Source: Magnetococcales bacterium | GTDB taxonomy: Bacteria > Pseudomonadota > Magnetococcia > Magnetococcales > JADFYX01 | Assembly: GCA_002753565.1 (NCBI GenBank) | Contig: PEAM01000014.1 | Span: 12,858-76,857, forward strand | Direction: 5' to 3' | Length of the DNA: 64,000 nt | In this document: piece by piece, positions 20,804-29,543 of the stretch | How the letters are laid out: each line of letters starts with the position of its first letter | How positions within the stretch are numbered: the stretch's first letter is position 1 | Position numbers and translations under genes: made by a program | The notes under the pieces: model-generated | What the model saw: the letters and a program-made list of their open reading frames with translations, nothing else | Told to the model about the DNA's origin: nothing | The model's database searches: none

Positions 20804-20903
20804 CCCTTCCCCCTAAATTGTGTTAATGAATACGATCGGCTCATACTCCAATACTCACCACCATTCGTCAACAACAAAATTTTCTTCTCGATTAGCCACT
20901 TAG

Positions 20904-21572
20904 TTACTTCAAGCCCAGCTGTAATGGGAGATCCGACATCCGATCCAGCCAAAAGTCGGGCTGACAGAGAGCCAGCCGCTGGCGAGAGTGACAGCCAAAA
21001 GTAACCGCACAGGTTTTAACCCCGGCTCCACGACCCATATTCAGATCAAACTCGGTATCCCCCACCATCAGCGCCTCCTGAGGGGTAAAGCCGGTCTCGG
21101 CCAGCACCTGAAACAGCATCTCCGGGTTGGGCTTGCTGGGGGCATGATCGGCGGTTCTCAGACAGCTGAAATAGGCACCCAGATCCAACTCCTGCAGATT
21201 ACGCTCCAGCCCTTTCAAGGATTTGCCCGTGGCAACCGCCATGACCAAACCGGCCGCTTGCAGCCGTTGCAGGGTCTCTCGCACACCAGGATAGAGCGGG
21301 GTAGAGAGCTGGCCGGCGTCCGCCAGATGTTTATAGTGTTTTCTATAGAGAGCCACCGCCTCGGTATTTTCACGGCTTGTAGCCCCTGGCAACAGGATTT
21401 CGAAAGCCTGAACCAAGGAGAGGCCCACCACCTCGGCCACGTCACTGGGGCGCAGAATCTGTTCATGCCCCATTTCAGCCAGGGCCAGCTGGGCCGAGCG
21501 AACAATACCATCCAGACTGTCGACCAGGGTGCCGTCGCAATCAAAAACAATCAGTTTAAAGTTGGACTTCAT
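20904..21572 (-). CDS. HAD-superfamily hydrolase (phosphoglycolate-phosphatase-like, subfamily IA)
   Basis: LIVFDCDGTLVDS motif I, ATGKS motif II, GDTEFD motif IV. It is located after rluC, as in pseudomonads. Confidence 0.8.
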   Translation of the reverse strand: MKSNFKLIVFDCDGTLVDSLDGIVRSAQLALAEMGHEQILRPSDVAEVVGLSLVQAFEILLPGATSRENTEAVALYRKHYKHLADAGQLSTPLYPGVRETLQRLQAAGLVMAVATGKSLKGLERNLQELDLGAYFSCLRTADHAPSKPNPEMLFQVLAETGFTPQEALMVGDTEFDLNMGRGAGVKTCAVTFGCHSRQRLALCQPDFWLDRMSDLPLQLGLK

Positions 21573-21610
21573 TTTGATTTTGTCTCACTTTTTCAGGCAG
21601 GGTAGCCCCT

Positions 21611-22606
21611 CTATTGCAACCGATCCAAACTTTTTTTCAACACCGGGTCAAGGGGAGCCAGAATCTCTATTTTTTTATTTTTTTCAGGATGGTTAATGAC
21701 CAAGTGGCTGGCATGAAGGAACAGCCGGGCCACCCCCTGGCTTTTCATCTGCTGGTTAAAGTGACGGTCGCCATATTTACCATCCCCCACCACCGGGCAG
21801 CCAATGGCCTGGAAATGGGCGCGAATCTGGTGGGTACGCCCGGTCTCCAGGGTAACGGAAACCAGAGAAGCCGAGGTAAAGATCCTTTCTGTTTCATAGT
21901 GGGTCCGGGCCTCCTGCCCTTCCCCCTTTCGGGTGGTTACTACCATGCGCTCACCCGCCCTAACAACCCCTTTTTGCAGCGGTTTGTCTATCACCCCCCT
22001 TGCCGGGTGGGGTCGACCTTTGACCAAGGCCAGATAGCCCTTGGTCAGGGTCCCCTCTCGAAAAGCGGCGGTTAAGGTCCGGGTGGCATATTTACCCAGT
22101 CCAAACAGCAGGCAGCCGGAGGTATCCCGATCCAGGCGATGACACAGCTCCGGCAGACTCTCTTTCCCGCCTGCCCCCTCCAAAGCCATATAGTCCCGCA
22201 CCGCATCCACCGCCCCCCACCGCTGCTTGCTGCCACCATGAACCGCCATGCCAGCAGGCTTGTTCAGAACCAACAAAGAGTCGTCCCGATAGAGAATGCG
22301 ACCGGCCACCTCTCGGACCATTCCAGCCGGACACCGCCCCTCAGATGCAGCCTTTGAGGCCGGCGGCAAGGTTAAGGGAGGAAGGCGAACCTGTTCTCCC
22401 ATCTGCAACCGATGGTTGCCCTTTTTACGTTTACTGTTGACACGAACCTGCCCGGTGCGCAACAGTTTTTGAATCAGGGAGAGAGGTGCATCCGGCCACT
22501 GCTCTTTTAAAAAGCGGTCCAATCGAATACCAACCTCCCGATGGGTGATTTCCAGAAGGCGGACAGGGGTTCTGTGGTTTTCTTTGAGGTAGGGCTTTAC
22601 AATCAA
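21611..22606 (-). CDS. rluC: 23S rRNA pseudouridine synthase, RluA family (RluC-like), with S4 domain
   Basis: HRLDRDTSGCLLF catalytic motif. N-terminal S4-like segment. Divergent from rne, as in E. coli. Confidence 0.85.
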   Translation of the reverse strand: MIVKPYLKENHRTPVRLLEITHREVGIRLDRFLKEQWPDAPLSLIQKLLRTGQVRVNSKRKKGNHRLQMGEQVRLPPLTLPPASKAASEGRCPAGMVREVAGRILYRDDSLLVLNKPAGMAVHGGSKQRWGAVDAVRDYMALEGAGGKESLPELCHRLDRDTSGCLLFGLGKYATRTLTAAFREGTLTKGYLALVKGRPHPARGVIDKPLQKGVVRAGERMVVTTRKGEGQEARTHYETERIFTSASLVSVTLETGRTHQIRAHFQAIGCPVVGDGKYGDRHFNQQMKSQGVARLFLHASHLVINHPEKNKKIEILAPLDPVLKKSLDRLQ

Positions 22607-22847
22607 GGATTACTTCCTATATAGTTCGCGAACATGAAAAGATTCTATGCATCATCGGTTCAGGACTCCGGGGGACATACGGCCCCGTCTGAGACTGTCG
22701 ACCCCAGGTCAACCGGCACTTCTTACGACCCTATTCAAACATACCGAAATTCCCAATACAAACAAACCAAATTGCCTTGCCCGCACGAAAGATCTCTTCC
22801 GTGGACTGTGGCTTTGTGGCACAACAAACTCAGGAGAACACCCTCAC

Positions 22848-25652
22848 ATGACCAAGCGCATGCTTGTCGACGCGACCCACCCGGAAGAGGTGCGCGTTGC
22901 CATTATCCAGGACAATCGTCTTAATGACCTCGAAATTGAAACTGCGGCAAAAGAGCAGATAAAAGGGAACATCTATCTCGGCAAGGTAAGCCGGGTTGAG
23001 CCTTCTCTGCAAGCTGCTTTTATAGATTTCGGCAATGGTCGGCAAGGTTTTCTGCCTCTCAACGATATCCATGAAAAATATTTTCCAGCCAAAACCTCTG
23101 CCTCTGATGCCAAAAAAGGGGGCCGCAGGGGACGTAGCAGGAGTACCAAAACCACCCAGGCCCAAGCCAAGCCGCCCGAACCCCAGATAAGCCAGGCTCT
23201 CCCCGAACAGGAGACCCCACCGGCGACACAGCCCACTGCATCCCCTGTTGCTGAAGAGGTGGTGGTTACCTCTGCGCCTCAGCCCGCCGAGACTACTCCT
23301 ACACCCGAGGCAGTAACCGAAGAGGTGGTTACCTCTACACCTCAGCCCACCGAGGCAGCGCCACCACAGGAAAAAGCGACAGATCCCCAACCGCTCAACC
23401 CAACGGAGAGTCCCCTCCCTGAGGAAGAGAAGGCGGAGAAGCCGGCCCCCAAAAAGCCGAGGAGATCTCGGGCCCGCAAACCCTCGCCTGTTGTTGCAGA
23501 CACCGCCTCTGTTGATGAGCAAGAGAACCAGAAAGAGAATCAACAAGCCGTACCCCCCACCACTTCTGGCGAAACAGAGACCGCCACAGAGGAGAGTGAG
23601 TCAGCAGAAGAGGAGAAACAAGATCTGCCTGAACGTCCGGCTCGCCGCTCTCCCCGACGCAGACCTCCCCCCATCCAACAGATTTTAACCCGAGGTCAAA
23701 CGGTTCTGGTTCAGGTAGTCAAAGAGGCCCGAGGCAACAAGGGGGCCTCGTTAACCACCAACATCTCTCTGGCTGGTCGCTATTCGGTGCTTCTGCCAGA
23801 AAACTCTGGTGGTGGCGGCATCTCTCGTAAAATCAGTGATGGCAAAGCCCGCAAAAGCCTCAAGGAGATTTTAAGCAACCTGGAGGTGCCCAAAGAGGTT
23901 AGCCTGATCATTCGTACAGCCGGCCTGGATCGCACCAAACGTGAGATCCTGCGAGATATGAACTACATGCTCCGGGTCTGGAAAAAAATTAAAGAGAAGT
24001 CTGAAAAATCCGAGGCCCCCTGTCTCATCCACGAAGAGGGTGACCTGATCACCCGAACCATCCGAGACCTCTACACCACTGATATGGAAGAGATCTTGAT
24101 CGAGGGCCATGAGTGCTACCGTCGGGGCAAAGATTTCATGCGACTGCTTATGCCCAGCTACGTCAAGGTGGTGCAGCCCTACAAAGACTCCATCCCACTG
24201 TTCTCCCGCTATCAGGTTGAAAATCAGATTGAGACCATGCACAACCGGATTGTTCAACTTAAATCCGGCGGCTACCTGGTCATCGAATCAACCGAAGCCA
24301 TGGTCACCATCGATATCAACTCGGGCCGTTCGACCAAAGAGAAAGATATCGAGACTACGGCTTACAAAACCAACCTGTTGGCTGCTGACGAAATTGCACG
24401 ACAGCTTCGACTGCGGGACCTGGGTGGATTGGTGGTGATCGATTTTATCGATATGGGCGATAAAAAACACAATACCGAGGTAGAAAAACGGGTCAAAGAG
24501 GCCTTTAAAAATGATCGGGCCAGAATCCAGATTGGTCGTATCTCCCAATTTGGCCTGCTGGAGCTATCCCGTCAACGGATGAAGCCGGCCTTCAACGAAT
24601 CCAACCGTCAGGAGTGCCCCCGCTGTAAGGGGTCGGGCACCATTCGGGCTGTCGATTCATCTGCCATCTATCTTTTCCGCTGTATTGAGGAGGAGCTATC
24701 CAAAGGCCCTACGGATCAACTGGTCTATTTTGCACCCCAATCGGTTGTTAACTATATCTTTAACAACAAACGCAGCCAACTCGTCAATCTGGAGCAGGCC
24801 AACAACGTCTCCATCCTGATTCATGGCGATCCAGAAATGCAGCCCCCGGAGTTTCGTTTGGAAAAGCCGGACAGAGGCGGCAACACCAATCAAAACAACA
24901 CCAATCAAAACAAGAAAAAAGAGTCTAACAACCAACAAAAAGCACCCGCCAAACAAGAGCAACAGGCCACCCCTCCCCCAGCACCCGCCCAAAGCGAGGG
25001 GCAGGAGAGTACACCTGCTCCAGATCAACAGAGTGCCACAATAGAGTCATCACCGACCGCTACCGAAGCCCCGGTTCGTAAAAAAAGACGCAGAAGGCGG
25101 CGCAGAAGGCGCTCTACAGCCGACCAGGGGGAAGCAAACACAACGCAGCAGCAGTCAGCTGAGAGCGGCACCCCTCAACAAACAGCCCAACCGCTGCCCA
25201 CCTCCCAACCCTCGGGAAAGAGCGAGGCGCAGCAGCCCTCTTCCCAGGTCGAGAGTGGAGAGGCGATTCCTACAACCGTACCGGGCATCTATGTCTTACC
25301 AGATACCAAGACACCCTCTCAGACCAGCAGCAACCAAACCGGGAAAAACCAGACCGACGCCGCCGCCTCCAACGAAAAACAGGATGAAGAAGGAGAGACT
25401 AAAGAGGCTGAGGCTCCCAAAGAGAAACCTCGCCGCCGTCGCCGTCGCCGCCGCCCCAGCCGAAGCCAAAAGAGTGAGGAGGGACAAACCCCCGATTCAG
25501 CCCCCACCCCCACTACGGACGCATCCGCCCCGCCAACCAAGGCGGAAACAGCGCCTGAATCGGTGGTTTCAGCCCCATTGGAGTCAGCTCCTGTTCCCAA
25601 GATAGCGGCCTCTTCAAGCCCATCCGACAGCCCCAATACGGAGGAGGCTTAG
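22848..25652 (+). CDS. rne: Ribonuclease E (with a large low-complexity insertion in the S1 region and two poly-Arg segments in the C-terminal scaffold)
   Basis: MTKRMLVDATHPEEVRVAII... start, with AGGAG 11 nt upstream. S1, DNase-I-like and Zn-link (CPRCKGSG) motifs. The ORF track begins at 22647, but that extension has no homology. Confidence 0.95.
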   Translation: MTKRMLVDATHPEEVRVAIIQDNRLNDLEIETAAKEQIKGNIYLGKVSRVEPSLQAAFIDFGNGRQGFLPLNDIHEKYFPAKTSASDAKKGGRRGRSRSTKTTQAQAKPPEPQISQALPEQETPPATQPTASPVAEEVVVTSAPQPAETTPTPEAVTEEVVTSTPQPTEAAPPQEKATDPQPLNPTESPLPEEEKAEKPAPKKPRRSRARKPSPVVADTASVDEQENQKENQQAVPPTTSGETETATEESESAEEEKQDLPERPARRSPRRRPPPIQQILTRGQTVLVQVVKEARGNKGASLTTNISLAGRYSVLLPENSGGGGISRKISDGKARKSLKEILSNLEVPKEVSLIIRTAGLDRTKREILRDMNYMLRVWKKIKEKSEKSEAPCLIHEEGDLITRTIRDLYTTDMEEILIEGHECYRRGKDFMRLLMPSYVKVVQPYKDSIPLFSRYQVENQIETMHNRIVQLKSGGYLVIESTEAMVTIDINSGRSTKEKDIETTAYKTNLLAADEIARQLRLRDLGGLVVIDFIDMGDKKHNTEVEKRVKEAFKNDRARIQIGRISQFGLLELSRQRMKPAFNESNRQECPRCKGSGTIRAVDSSAIYLFRCIEEELSKGPTDQLVYFAPQSVVNYIFNNKRSQLVNLEQANNVSILIHGDPEMQPPEFRLEKPDRGGNTNQNNTNQNKKKESNNQQKAPAKQEQQATPPPAPAQSEGQESTPAPDQQSATIESSPTATEAPVRKKRRRRRRRRRSTADQGEANTTQQQSAESGTPQQTAQPLPTSQPSGKSEAQQPSSQVESGEAIPTTVPGIYVLPDTKTPSQTSSNQTGKNQTDAAASNEKQDEEGETKEAEAPKEKPRRRRRRRRPSRSQKSEEGQTPDSAPTPTTDASAPPTKAETAPESVVSAPLESAPVPKIAASSSPSDSPNTEEA

Positions 25653-25687
25653 GTCAGAACAGCCTGAATGGCAAAACAGATTTATAG

Positions 25688-26041
25688 TCATATATGGTCC
25701 GCCCCACTGAGTAAGGAACACTTTTCATTGAGCAAAAGAGGAAAAGTTGCATCCCTATATCCGGCCTTTGGTTGAGAGTGTTTTTGCTCTCTGGCCCTGA
25801 TGGAAATTCGCGCATTCCTCTCCTCATCAGTTAAGCGGCATTCTAAATGCCTTTGACTATACCAGGTTTTCAGGAACGCAGGTCTTACCTTTTTTGCCAT
25901 CAATGATCATCACTCAAACAACGCGGGCAAGCCGGTATTTTTCTCCTTATTATCTCGGTTGACGCCATGTAGTTGAAAAGATTGCTTGACCAAATCAATT
26001 CCCAGTACCGCAATTCGTTTCTCTACGCTATTCTTATTCAT
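25688..26041 (-). pseudogene. Decayed N-terminal fragment of an IS110-family (DEDD) transposase/recombinase
   Basis: Two adjacent frames: MNKNSVEKRIAVLGIDLVKQSFQLHGVNRDNK (classic IS110 N-terminus, GIDL.K..F.LHGV), then a shifted frame with weak continuation (KKVRPAFLKTWY...ARISIRAR...LLNEK....ADHI). Only about 110 of the ~340 expected codons remain, and catalytic motifs are degraded. Confidence 0.45.
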
Positions 26042-26133
26042 GGTTCGCTCCGACTCCGTTTGATGGTTATTAGAAATTCCATCTTGGCACATAGATGCCG
26101 TTATTGGGAGCGGGGCGGACCATTCCATTGGTT

Positions 26134-26347
26134 AAAACCAAATTGGGACAATTTGGACAATGGTTAAAGGCAAAGTCAACACCTTGGGAGGCCTTGCAGG
26201 CCCCCAAACCCCCACGCTTTTAAACTAAAAAAAAAGCAAAGTCAAAGGCTTAGGACCTTGGGCGCTGCCCAAACCCGCTGGGAAGGCATACATGCCTTCC
26301 CAGACCCATCCGTAATCGTTTTTTGTTTCCATTTGGTTTAAAATCTC
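26134..26347 (-). repeat. Mosaic intergenic repeat, copy B (full-length, inverted relative to copy A)
   Basis: The reverse complement aligns end to end with 972..1186. Hairpin at 26278..26303, R module at 26166..26205. It starts 14 nt after the pabBC stop. Confidence 0.8.
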
Positions 26348-26361
26348 ATCTCTTAATAAAG

Positions 26362-28218
26362 CTATCTTTCATAGATCTTTTCACCCTCTAGCCACACCTC
26401 CCCAACCTCTCTTCCCCCGTGGACCGCATTCCCCAGATAGAGAGTTTCTGCCCCTTGCAACTGCTCTAAAGGCAGGCTTTTTTCGGTGGCTTTCAGTCGC
26501 ACAATCTCTTTAGCGCGCCAAATGCTGGGCAGAAGTCCATCAGATAGGGGCGGGACAAACCACCCACCATCCCGACCCATAAGGATGGCTCGAATGGCAC
26601 TCTCTGTGATCAACCCCGATTGATTCAAAAACAGCACATCATCAAACCCCTCTGCTTTTGCTTTTTCCAAAAAGAAATCCAGGTGGCTTCTGCGATTGGT
26701 TTTGTGTTGGAGGAGGGGGTCAAACTGATCAACCCGAAACGGTGCGATGTTAATCCTGAGTCGTTGGGGTGCGGGGGTAAAGGGGCGATAACTCATGTTG
26801 AGCCGACCATCCATGGACAGCTCTAAACGCATGATACAAGGCGTTTCCCCCTTTTTGGCTCTACGCTCACTTTCTGCTGTGACTCTCTTGGTGACTCCCT
26901 TGGCTTCATACAAAAACCCCAATCTGTACGCAGAGTCTGCCAATCGGGTCAAGTGGTCGGAGAGGGCCGGAACGCTCCCCTCTTTCCCCAGTAAAAAGGT
27001 CTCGATCAACCCAAACGGTTCGGGAATCTGGCTGATGAAAGCCCCCTTATCACCAATCTCCCGCCACTCCCGAACCGGTATGGAGTCGGCAACAATGCCC
27101 CCACCCAAACCGATATGGGGTGGATCTTGTGGAGTGGTTTGACTTACCGTACGAATGGCAACATTGAAACGATAGTCTCCCCCCGGCTCAATAACGCCAA
27201 TCGAGCCGGTATAGATCCCCCGCTCTCGCCCCTCCAGTTCTCGGATAATCTCCATGGTGCGGTTTTTAGGGGCTCCGGTAATGGAGGCTGCAGGAAAAAG
27301 GGCCGACATCACCCCCTCCAACCCAACCCCAGGCATCACCCTCCCCTCTATTCGGCTCTCCAGATGGTGCACTGTGGAAAAAGGACGACAGATCATCAAC
27401 TGCGGTACATGGATAGATCCCACCTGACACACCTTGCCCAGATCGTTGCGAGCCATATCGACAATCATAATATGTTCCGCCCTATCTTTCTCTGAGCGTA
27501 GCAGTGCAGATCTTCTATCGTTATCCTCTTGAATATCTAGCGATCTAGGCCTGGTTCCCTTAATGGGGGCGGTCAGCAACCGATCCCCCTTTTTGGCAAT
27601 CAACAGCTCTGGTGAGAAAGAGGCAAACTGGCTCTCTCCGGTGTTGAGCCAGGCGGCATAGGGAAAACGGTGTTGGGGTTGAATCTTTAAAAACAGGCTG
27701 GCAAGATCCAGGGAAGCCGGTAACCGGGCAGAGAGGGTGTGGTTAACCTGATAACTATCGCCTGCCAAAATATACTGAAGAATTTTCTCCAAATCCGCCT
27801 CATACCTCTTTTGGCTAATGAGAGGAGAGAGGGAGCAATCCCCCAATCTGGGCAGCTGATTGGGGTGAGGAAAAAGAGTCGGCTCGGCCTGTTCAAAACG
27901 AGCAAACCAGAGCAGAGGTTGTGTAGATAGCCGGTTAACGGCAAGCTGAAAAGCCGCCCCTGCTTCGTAGCTGAGGAATCCGCCAACCCACCCTCCAGCC
28001 TGAGCCATCAGCTCCACCTGTTTCAACAGAGCCGGCACCTTGTCGGGGTCTGTGGTGGTTACGATCTGTTGTGGTCGGCTCAGCAATCGGGGAAACGGCT
28101 GACCAGGAAAATCAGTCAGCAGACAAATCCGCTCTCGTAAGAGAGCAGGATTGACAAGCACCGCGCTTCTATCCTGAGCAGATGGTTGCCCCAATACCTT
28201 CATAACCTTTTTGCTCAT
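26362..28218 (-). CDS. pabB: Bifunctional aminodeoxychorismate synthase component I / aminodeoxychorismate lyase (PabB-PabC fusion)
   Basis: 618 aa. Chorismate-binding domain (SFSPELL..., PIKGTRPR, DRAEHIMIVDMARNDL, ITGAPK, GIYTGSIG, GGGIVADS). A class-IV aminotransferase-fold C-terminal ~210 aa follows (FGLIETF, LQHKTNRR, LNQSGLITESAIRAI). Confidence 0.85.
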   Translation of the reverse strand: MSKKVMKVLGQPSAQDRSAVLVNPALLRERICLLTDFPGQPFPRLLSRPQQIVTTTDPDKVPALLKQVELMAQAGGWVGGFLSYEAGAAFQLAVNRLSTQPLLWFARFEQAEPTLFPHPNQLPRLGDCSLSPLISQKRYEADLEKILQYILAGDSYQVNHTLSARLPASLDLASLFLKIQPQHRFPYAAWLNTGESQFASFSPELLIAKKGDRLLTAPIKGTRPRSLDIQEDNDRRSALLRSEKDRAEHIMIVDMARNDLGKVCQVGSIHVPQLMICRPFSTVHHLESRIEGRVMPGVGLEGVMSALFPAASITGAPKNRTMEIIRELEGRERGIYTGSIGVIEPGGDYRFNVAIRTVSQTTPQDPPHIGLGGGIVADSIPVREWREIGDKGAFISQIPEPFGLIETFLLGKEGSVPALSDHLTRLADSAYRLGFLYEAKGVTKRVTAESERRAKKGETPCIMRLELSMDGRLNMSYRPFTPAPQRLRINIAPFRVDQFDPLLQHKTNRRSHLDFFLEKAKAEGFDDVLFLNQSGLITESAIRAILMGRDGGWFVPPLSDGLLPSIWRAKEIVRLKATEKSLPLEQLQGAETLYLGNAVHGGREVGEVWLEGEKIYER

Positions 28219-28256
28219 GAATGTTCTGAGAGAGAATCTTTTTTGAATATCCTATA

Positions 28257-28436
28257 AAGATTCCAAACCAAATGGGCACAAAACAGTTGTGGATGGATCT
28301 GGGAAGGGATGGCACCCCTTCCCAGCGGGTTTTGGCAGCTCCCAAAGTTCTATTGTCATTTTCATTGAAAAATGGACAGTAACTCCTGGGAGGGCTTGCA
28401 CCCCCAGCCCTCCTCGCTTTTAAAAATTAAAAGCAA
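28257..28436 (+). repeat. Mosaic intergenic repeat, copy C (L module in copy-A orientation, R module inverted)
   Basis: 28257..28345 aligns with 972..1061 (hairpin 28299..28325). 28383..28436 aligns with the reverse complement of 1086..1155. Confidence 0.7.
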
Positions 28437-28440
28437 AAAC

Positions 28441-28476
28441 AAAACCGTGGACATGGCCCACGGTTTTGTTTTTTTG
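28441..28476. terminator. Bidirectional hairpin terminator between pabBC and the sdh operon
   Basis: Stem aaaaccgtgg / ccacggtttt (10 bp, 7-nt loop), followed by a T-rich run on the plus strand and by gtttttgctttt on the minus strand. Confidence 0.6.
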
Positions 28477-28550
28477 ACAGTTTTTAACTGCCATACCTAC
28501 ACACTATTTTTGATCTTTTCCAGACCGTTACCCCCTGGGGAGAGTGGCCT

Positions 28551-28632
28551 GGGGCAGATTAAACTCTTGGAACAGTTGCGCCAAACCTTATTGGGAAGAG
28601 GTGCCGTCCTCTCCCAGACCCATCCCGTTGTT
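28551..28632 (-). repeat. Mosaic repeat, isolated L module (copy C'), beginning 2 nt after the stop of the CCG-subunit gene
   Basis: The reverse complement (aacaacgggatgggtctgggagagg...cctcttcccaataaggtttggcgc) aligns with 1001..1061. The hairpin at 28591..28615 has a different sequence but remains paired. Confidence 0.65.
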
Positions 28633-28634
28633 AA

Positions 28635-29519
28635 CTAGACATTGCGTTTTTTCAAAGCAGCCGAAGGATCGACATGGAGACGATCCATACCCAAAGTCCC
28701 ATGATCAACCCCCAATGCCACACCTAACAACTGGGCAAAATTCATCTCTGGAAGGTTGATGGATTTCCCCACCACACTCTCCGCCGGCTTCTGATAAGCC
28801 CCCATGGCCATATCGCAAAGGGTGCAAGGAGAGATCATGATCTCTGCCCCGGAATTTTTGGCATCCAGACAGTTCTCGCCAACCATGGTCCGCATCTCCT
28901 CTTTATCAGAGAGCATGACATGGAAACCACAACACTTGTCCTTACCATCATAGTGTACCGACTGACCACCCAGGGCATGGATCAGCTGATCCAGTTGATC
29001 GGCTTTTTCACCCTTGCGACCATCAAAGATCTCCTCGGGTCGCTGACTGTGGCAACCATAGAAAGGGGCCACATTCATACCGTTGAGAGGCTTGACAATT
29101 TTTTTCTTCAGCAGTTCTGGGTCAACCTGTTCGGTAATAACCCACAGAAGATGATGCACCTTGATGCTGGCTTGATAAGGACGAACACCAGACTTTTTCA
29201 AGACAGCATTGATCCCATCCAGAATATCCGGCTCATTTTTAAACCGATAGTTGGCATGGCTCAATGTCTGCAGACAGGTGTTACAGATGGTGCACAGATC
29301 ATGACCCATGGCCTCTGCCTCGGATAAAATCCGAGCGGCAACCGCCAAAGAGAAGGCCGGTTTGCTTTCACGCAGACTGACCGCACCACAGCAGGTGGCC
29401 CGTGGCATGGGTTTGAGGGAGATTCCCAAAATATCTGCAACCGCTTCGGCTGAACTGGCAGCCTCTTTTTGGACCTGCTTGGCGGCGCAACCGGGATAAT
29501 AGGCAAATTCGAGAGACAT
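28635..29519 (-). CDS. Succinate dehydrogenase/fumarate reductase CCG-domain subunit (SdhE/SdhC-type, HdrB-like)
   Basis: 294 aa, no TM helices. Two Cys-rich CCG motifs (PRATCCGAV and KDKCCGFHV) with the usual upstream Cys pairs (YPGC, ICNTC; YGCH, CTLC). Confidence 0.8.
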   Translation of the reverse strand: MSLEFAYYPGCAAKQVQKEAASSAEAVADILGISLKPMPRATCCGAVSLRESKPAFSLAVAARILSEAEAMGHDLCTICNTCLQTLSHANYRFKNEPDILDGINAVLKKSGVRPYQASIKVHHLLWVITEQVDPELLKKKIVKPLNGMNVAPFYGCHSQRPEEIFDGRKGEKADQLDQLIHALGGQSVHYDGKDKCCGFHVMLSDKEEMRTMVGENCLDAKNSGAEIMISPCTLCDMAMGAYQKPAESVVGKSINLPEMNFAQLLGVALGVDHGTLGMDRLHVDPSAALKKRNV

Positions 29520-29543
29520 AGTTATTTCCTCGTTCAGCGTTCC

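Noticed and set aside
22607-22847. Long leader upstream of rne, considered as an autoregulatory 5' UTR like that of E. coli. It is also the 67-codon upstream extension of the rne ORF
   Set aside because: The extension is not RNase E-like, so the start was moved to 22848. A regulatory leader is plausible from E. coli precedent, but I could not identify conserved hp2/hp3-like structures by eye, so no feature is claimed.
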